Source: Longimicrobiales bacterium
Lineage (GTDB): Bacteria; Gemmatimonadota; Gemmatimonadetes; Longimicrobiales; Gaopeijiaceae
Length of the DNA stretch: 64,000 bases
Assembly: GCA_965116905.1 (NCBI GenBank)
Contig: OZ220732.1
Span: forward strand, 1,440,001 to 1,504,000
Reading direction: 5' to 3'
Notes under the pieces: model-generated
Database searches by the model: none
Told to the model about the DNA's origin: nothing
What the model saw: the letters and a program-made list of their open reading frames with translations, nothing else
Translations under genes and position numbers: made by a program
In this document: piece after piece, positions 59,540-64,000 of the stretch
Layout: each line of letters begins with the position of its first letter
Numbering within the stretch: position 1 is the stretch's first letter

Positions 59540-59559
59540 GTCAGGCGATCACCCGCATG

Positions 59560-60453
59560 TCAGGGCGTAACCGTGACGCGCACGTAGGCGTTCGTCCAGC
59601 AGCACTGGTCGCCGCCGGTGCTGTCGTTCGCATCCCAGTTGTCGATGCGCGCGCGCAGCACGTACTCGCCGGGCTCGCTGAACACGACGCTCGCCGTGGC
59701 CTCGCCGGTGCCGCCTTCGACCGTCACCCGCCTGGGATCGACCGTGATCTGCCCGGCGGGCCCCTGATGCTTGAACCAGCTCAGCCCGACGTCGACGACC
59801 TCGTTCACCATGTCGTCGGGTGCGCGGACGGATACCTCCTCGGTCCAGAGCGTCAGCGTGAGCGGCTCGCCCACCGTGGCCGTGAGCGGCTCCCCCCACA
59901 CGCCCTGGATGTGCTGGCCCGCCGGCCCGTCGGCGGTGAAGCGCACGACCGGCGGCACCGATCCCATGGCCCGCGGCCCGTAATCCAGCTGCAGCGCCGG
60001 GATGCCGACGCGCCCCGGGGTCGCGTTCGTCCAGCCATTCGCCGTGATCGTCCACACCACCGCCTGCTCCCCGTCCTCGTACGAAGCCGGGACTGTGACG
60101 TGGAAGACGCCCCGGTCCCGTCGCGGACGCACCGGAAAGTGGGTGGGCTGCATGCCGTCGAACTCGGCCGGCTCGATGAAGTTGTCGGGACCGATCGGGA
60201 TGTCGAGGACCTGCTCGCTGTTCAGGTTGAAGAACCCGAACGAGAGCGTGAAGGTGCCGTCGTCGTTGCGGTACCAGCCCTCGAAGAAGGGGGCCACCTC
60301 GTCCCCTTTGGTCAGGATCGGGGCGAGCGGCAGCCGCTGTCGCTCCTGGGCGTGCAGGGACACGCCCGCCGCCGCGTACACAGCGAGCAGGAGGAGCGTC
60401 CCCGGCAGGATCCTCGCCGCGGCGACGGTCCGCGCCACAAATGGGCTGCGCAT
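59560..60453 (-). CDS. Conserved hypothetical secreted protein with C-terminal vicinal Cys (QCCWTN)
   Basis: Signal peptide, PFFEGWYRN.DG, Ig-like C-terminus (FSEPGEYVLR); TGATG overlap with the upstream gene. Confidence 0.75.
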   Translation of the reverse strand: MRSPFVARTVAAARILPGTLLLLAVYAAAGVSLHAQERQRLPLAPILTKGDEVAPFFEGWYRNDDGTFTLSFGFFNLNSEQVLDIPIGPDNFIEPAEFDGMQPTHFPVRPRRDRGVFHVTVPASYEDGEQAVVWTITANGWTNATPGRVGIPALQLDYGPRAMGSVPPVVRFTADGPAGQHIQGVWGEPLTATVGEPLTLTLWTEEVSVRAPDDMVNEVVDVGLSWFKHQGPAGQITVDPRRVTVEGGTGEATASVVFSEPGEYVLRARIDNWDANDSTGGDQCCWTNAYVRVTVTP

Positions 60454-61862
60454 CAGCGGCTGTCGGTGCCGTCGTTGCCGTTGCCGCTGCTGTTGTCTTC
60501 GCTGTCGGTCGCGAGCTTGGCCTCACGGTCTTCGACCAGCCTCTGGTAGCCGTCCTCGGTCAGGTGGGTGACGGCGATCCACGCGTGCGACATCTCGTCC
60601 ATCGTGCGCGAACCGCGCGCGTACCAGATCTCCGGATCCGGCGTGAGCTCGTTATCGGCGGTGTTGTCGTACCACCCGGTCAGCACGACAACCGTCCCCG
60701 CCGGGAGGAGCGGCGCGACGTCGTCTTCGTAGATGTAGCTGTGGTGCCAGCGCGCGTCGAAGTCCGTGACCATGCTGATCAGCTCGACATCGCCGTCGGG
60801 ATACACGGCCTGTATGGACATCGCGTGGAGGTGCACGTGGCCGTGCGGCTGGTAGCTGTCGATCCGCACCGGGTGGTCCCAGCGGTGGAAGCCCTGGGTC
60901 ATCGCGGTCCCTCCGGGGGCTAGGGCGATGTCGCCGCGGAGCGGGTACAGGCGCAGGTCCTGCCGGAACTCCGGCTCGTAGCCCTCCTCGTGGAACCAGA
61001 TCCCGAGCTCGAGCTGGTCGCCGGGCACGTCGTATCCCATGGGATAGTAGTGGGCGTCCCACTCGATCATGTCGGTCGTCTTGAGGAGTCGCCCGGCGTC
61101 GCGGGGCACGATTTCGCCGACCTTCCCCATGGCGTACTCGGACAGGCTCTGGATGCGGCGGTACTCGCCCTCTTCGTTGAGCCGCAGGAGCCGCGGGATG
61201 GCGTGGTGGACGACCTGGCGGCCTGCCGGGAAGGAGGGACGCGTCTCGGCCGCCATCACCCACCGGTCCTCGTCCAGCCCCGTCGGCACGCGCGGCCGCC
61301 ACCAGGTGTCGCCGCCCTCGGCAGACACGTCGAAGGGCTTCGACTTGATGACGTGATCGGGCGGGCCGAGGATGTCCTCGAGTTGCCACATCTGCTTGTT
61401 CGGCCACTCGATCGGCGGCGGCAAATCGGCGGGGTCGCCCTCGGGCGCTCCGGCGTCCACCCACGCCACGAAGGTCTCGATGTCCTCTTCGCTCAGCCGC
61501 CAGTCATCCTTGATGTCCTGGATGCCGACCCCGGTGTCGAGGTGGTACGGGGGCATGAGGCGCTTCGACACGAGGTTCCGGGCACGCGACGCGTAACGGC
61601 GGACCTCCTGGTACGTCATGAGCGACATCGGACCCACGGAAGCAGGCCGGTGGCAGATCTCGCAGTTGGCCTGGAGGATGGGGGCGACGTCCCTGGCATA
61701 GGTCACGTCGGCCTCGTGGGCGCCGCCGTTACTGGCGGTCTGTTGGGCGGCGACGGGCGACGCGACGACCAGCAAAACAACGGTCGCCAGCGCGGCGACG
61801 GACGGTGCCGACACGGCCAATCGGTTCGACAGATGCTCCGAGCGGACAGGCAGCGTGCGCAT
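60453..61862 (-). CDS. Secreted haem c-containing copper type II monooxygenase-like (PHM/DBH fold) protein
   Basis: Signal peptide, CEICH, VVHH, DAHY, PHGH, DEM; CAGGAGG RBS before ATG 61862. Confidence 0.75.
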   Translation of the reverse strand: MRTLPVRSEHLSNRLAVSAPSVAALATVVLLVVASPVAAQQTASNGGAHEADVTYARDVAPILQANCEICHRPASVGPMSLMTYQEVRRYASRARNLVSKRLMPPYHLDTGVGIQDIKDDWRLSEEDIETFVAWVDAGAPEGDPADLPPPIEWPNKQMWQLEDILGPPDHVIKSKPFDVSAEGGDTWWRPRVPTGLDEDRWVMAAETRPSFPAGRQVVHHAIPRLLRLNEEGEYRRIQSLSEYAMGKVGEIVPRDAGRLLKTTDMIEWDAHYYPMGYDVPGDQLELGIWFHEEGYEPEFRQDLRLYPLRGDIALAPGGTAMTQGFHRWDHPVRIDSYQPHGHVHLHAMSIQAVYPDGDVELISMVTDFDARWHHSYIYEDDVAPLLPAGTVVVLTGWYDNTADNELTPDPEIWYARGSRTMDEMSHAWIAVTHLTEDGYQRLVEDREAKLATDSEDNSSGNGNDGTDSR

Positions 61863-62096
61863 GGGCAGATCCTCCTGCAAAGCGATTACGCGGAGCCGAC
61901 CCGTTGGCGCGTCCGGCGCATTGCGGCTCCGAACTCCCCATAACAATGCGCGTGCACCGGATCGCCAAGCAAGCCGAGGGCATGGCAGGCGGGCCCGCGG
62001 AGTTGCTTGGCATCGACCCACCGCCGAAGTATGATGGCCGCGGACATGTTCCCACGGAGGAATAGTCCCGATGTACCCTCGATCGGTAACAAGCGC

Positions 62097-63233
62097 ATGA
62101 ACGACACGACACGACCTGGCCCAAACCGGCGCGAATTCCTCCTGACCGCAGGGGTGGCGGGCGCCGGGCTTGCCCTGGGCGCCGGTTGCGCCCCCGCTCC
62201 CGACCGCTCCCCCGCGCCGAAGCGGTTCCTCATACTGGGCGGGACCGGGTTCATCGGGCCGCACACGGTCCGGTACGCCGTGGAGCGCGGCCACGAAGTC
62301 ACGATCTTCACGCGGGGCCGCGCCGACGCGGACCTCCCCGACGTCGAGCGCCTTGTCGGGGACCGCAACGGCGACCTGACCGCGCTGGAAGGGCGAACCT
62401 GGGACGTCGTCTTCGACAACAACTGCCAGAACTATCGCTGGGCGCAGCTCAGCACCGAACTCCTCAAGGATGCGGCGGAGCAATACATCTTCATCTCGTC
62501 GATCTCCGCCTACGCGATCGAGGGCATGGACTTCTCCAGGAGCGAGACCGTGCTTTGGGACCCCGCGGTGCCGGAGAACTACCCGCGCTTCGAGCCGCCC
62601 GAGGGATGGCAGGACGGTGACGACGCGCACTACGGGCTCATGAAACGACTGAGCGAGGATATCTCGCACGCCGCCTTTCCTGGCCGCGCCACCATCATTC
62701 GACCTGGGCTGATCGTCGGCCCCACCGACCCCACCGACCGGTTCACCTACTGGCCCGTGCGGATCGAGCAAGGCGGAGAGGTGCTGGCCCCGGGCAACCC
62801 CGACCACTCGACCCAGATCATCGACCAGCGCGACCTCACCGAGTGGACGGTGCGCATGGCCGAGGAAGGGGTGATGGGCGACTTCAATGCCACGGGCCCC
62901 GGGAGCCGCCTCTCGATGGCGGAGATGCTGTACGGGATCCGCTCGGTCACGACCCGGCCGGTGGAGTTCACCTGGGTGCCGTCGGAATTTCTGGAGGCGC
63001 AAGGCGTCACGGCGTGGGGCGACCTGCCTGCGTGGGTTCCGGGCAACGAACTCATGCACGTCGATGTGAGCCGGGCGGTGGCCGCCGGGCTGACGTTCCG
63101 CCCGTTGGCGGTGACCACGCGCGACACCCTCGAGTGGCACCGGACGCGACCAGAGTCGGAGTGGGAACAGCGCCGCTTCGGGATGAGTCGGGAGAGGGAG
63201 CGGGCGGTGCTGGACGCGTGGCACGCGGCTTGA
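62097..63233 (+). CDS. Tat-exported NAD-dependent epimerase/dehydratase family lipoprotein, paralogue 2
   Basis: NRREFL Tat motif, GAGC lipobox, GGTGFIG, YGLMK, DPTDRFTYW. Confidence 0.88.
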   Translation: MNDTTRPGPNRREFLLTAGVAGAGLALGAGCAPAPDRSPAPKRFLILGGTGFIGPHTVRYAVERGHEVTIFTRGRADADLPDVERLVGDRNGDLTALEGRTWDVVFDNNCQNYRWAQLSTELLKDAAEQYIFISSISAYAIEGMDFSRSETVLWDPAVPENYPRFEPPEGWQDGDDAHYGLMKRLSEDISHAAFPGRATIIRPGLIVGPTDPTDRFTYWPVRIEQGGEVLAPGNPDHSTQIIDQRDLTEWTVRMAEEGVMGDFNATGPGSRLSMAEMLYGIRSVTTRPVEFTWVPSEFLEAQGVTAWGDLPAWVPGNELMHVDVSRAVAAGLTFRPLAVTTRDTLEWHRTRPESEWEQRRFGMSRERERAVLDAWHAA

Positions 63234-64000
63234 ACTGCCTCGAAGCACGGCTGGTGCTCGCCGCGGAGGTCGGGAGCCTTGCGGCGGTCCTGGCACTCGC
63301 CTCGTGCTCAGTCCCCTCCGCCGCGCCCGACCCGTTCCCCGTGGTGGAAGCCACGATCCCCGATTTGCAGGCCGCGATGGAGAGCGGCGAGCTGACCTCG
63401 CGGCAGCTTGTCACCGCGCACCTGGTGCGCATCGCGCTCTACGAGGAGCGGCTGAACGCAGCCATCTCCATCAACGAGAATGCGCTGGCCGAAGCCGGCG
63501 CGCTCGACGCAGAGCGCGCGGCGGGCAATGTGCGGGGACCCCTTCACGGCATCCCGGTCGCGCTGAAGGACAACATCCACACGACCCACCTGCCGACCAC
63601 CGCGGGGGCGCTCGCCTTTGACGGCTTCGTGCCGCCGTACGAGGCCACGCTGACCACCAACCTGCGCGAGGCGGGCGCGATCATTATCGCCAAGGCCGGC
63701 CTCACCGAATTCGCGAACTGGATGGCGGGGCCACCCAATCCCATGCCCGGGAACTACAACGCGCTCACCGGCTTCGCGTACAACCCGTACGACCCGCGCC
63801 GCGACCCCCGCCCGGCCACTTTCGACGGGCGTCCCGCGCTCAGCACCGGCGGGTCCAGCTCCGGAATCGGCACCGCAGCCGGCTTCTGGGCCGCGAACGT
63901 CGGAACCGACACCGGCGGCTCCGTCATCAGTCCGTCGAACGCCAACATGCTGGTGGGGATCCGCCCGACGCTGGGCCGGATCAGCCGCTGGGGAATCGCA
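63230..64000 (+). CDS. Amidase signature family lipoprotein (3' truncated; not in the ORF track)
   Basis: Read manually from TTG 63230: LASC lipobox, VVEATIPDLQ, HGIPVALKDN, GGSSSG, GTDTGGS. Confidence 0.9.
   Translation, partial: MNCLEARLVLAAEVGSLAAVLALASCSVPSAAPDPFPVVEATIPDLQAAMESGELTSRQLVTAHLVRIALYEERLNAAISINENALAEAGALDAERAAGNVRGPLHGIPVALKDNIHTTHLPTTAGALAFDGFVPPYEATLTTNLREAGAIIIAKAGLTEFANWMAGPPNPMPGNYNALTGFAYNPYDPRRDPRPATFDGRPALSTGGSSSGIGTAAGFWAANVGTDTGGSVISPSNANMLVGIRPTLGRISRWGIA

Noticed and set aside
56557..63296. Apparent long fusions from the ORF track (56557..58575- and 60453..63296-; likewise 14583..16631+ and 16498..18243+)
   Set aside because: The N-terminal extensions run through neighbouring genes in non-coding frames; better starts with signal peptides, RBS or ATGA overlaps are at 57732, 61862, 15714 and 17470.
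1..64000. Many long overlapping/antisense ORFs in the six-frame track (e.g. 19716..21884-, 28096..30066-, 44064..46013-, 54331..56520+)
   Set aside because: Shadow ORFs expected at high GC; Arg/Pro/Gly-rich or mirror frames of well-supported genes, with no recognisable motifs.

Overview
High-GC bacterial chromosomal window, mostly core and cell-envelope genes. The gene content (VPS10/BNR hydrolases, secreted amidases, PQQ quinoprotein plus cytochrome c, Tat lipoproteins) suggests a Gemmatimonadota/Acidobacteriota-like organism, but that is inference only. It contains about 55 CDS: a POT transporter; a TPR-OsmC-fadD-cutA-TerB operon; a ~12 kb co-directional run (LeuA-like, phoBR-pstSCAB-phoU, SDR, msrB, IDH-like, glutaryl-CoA dehydrogenase-like); a head-to-head pair of NTT/TLC-like transporters; SulP; a PQQ dehydrogenase with a dihaem cytochrome; ArsR-SRPBCC; TonB receptor-DUF4249; a Phd-VapC toxin-antitoxin pair; a broken zeta-like ATPase; two VPS10 hydrolases; two amidases; and a secreted cluster built around a haem c-fused PHM/DBH-like copper monooxygenase. 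I saw no rRNA, tRNA, CRISPR array or transposase. Most notable: (1) several operon junctions are bridged by 3-12 codon micro-ORFs, some made by short tandem duplications of the stop/start overlap, whose lengths preserve a translational-coupling relay; (2) the haem c-Cu monooxygenase system with all six PHM copper ligands, a vicinal-Cys partner and neighbouring exported enzymes; (3) a Pst system with an H-loop His->Tyr in PstB; (4) a 26-bp palindrome shared by two distant promoters; (5) a PQQ enzyme with the lanthanide-type DxD motif and no vicinal disulfide.
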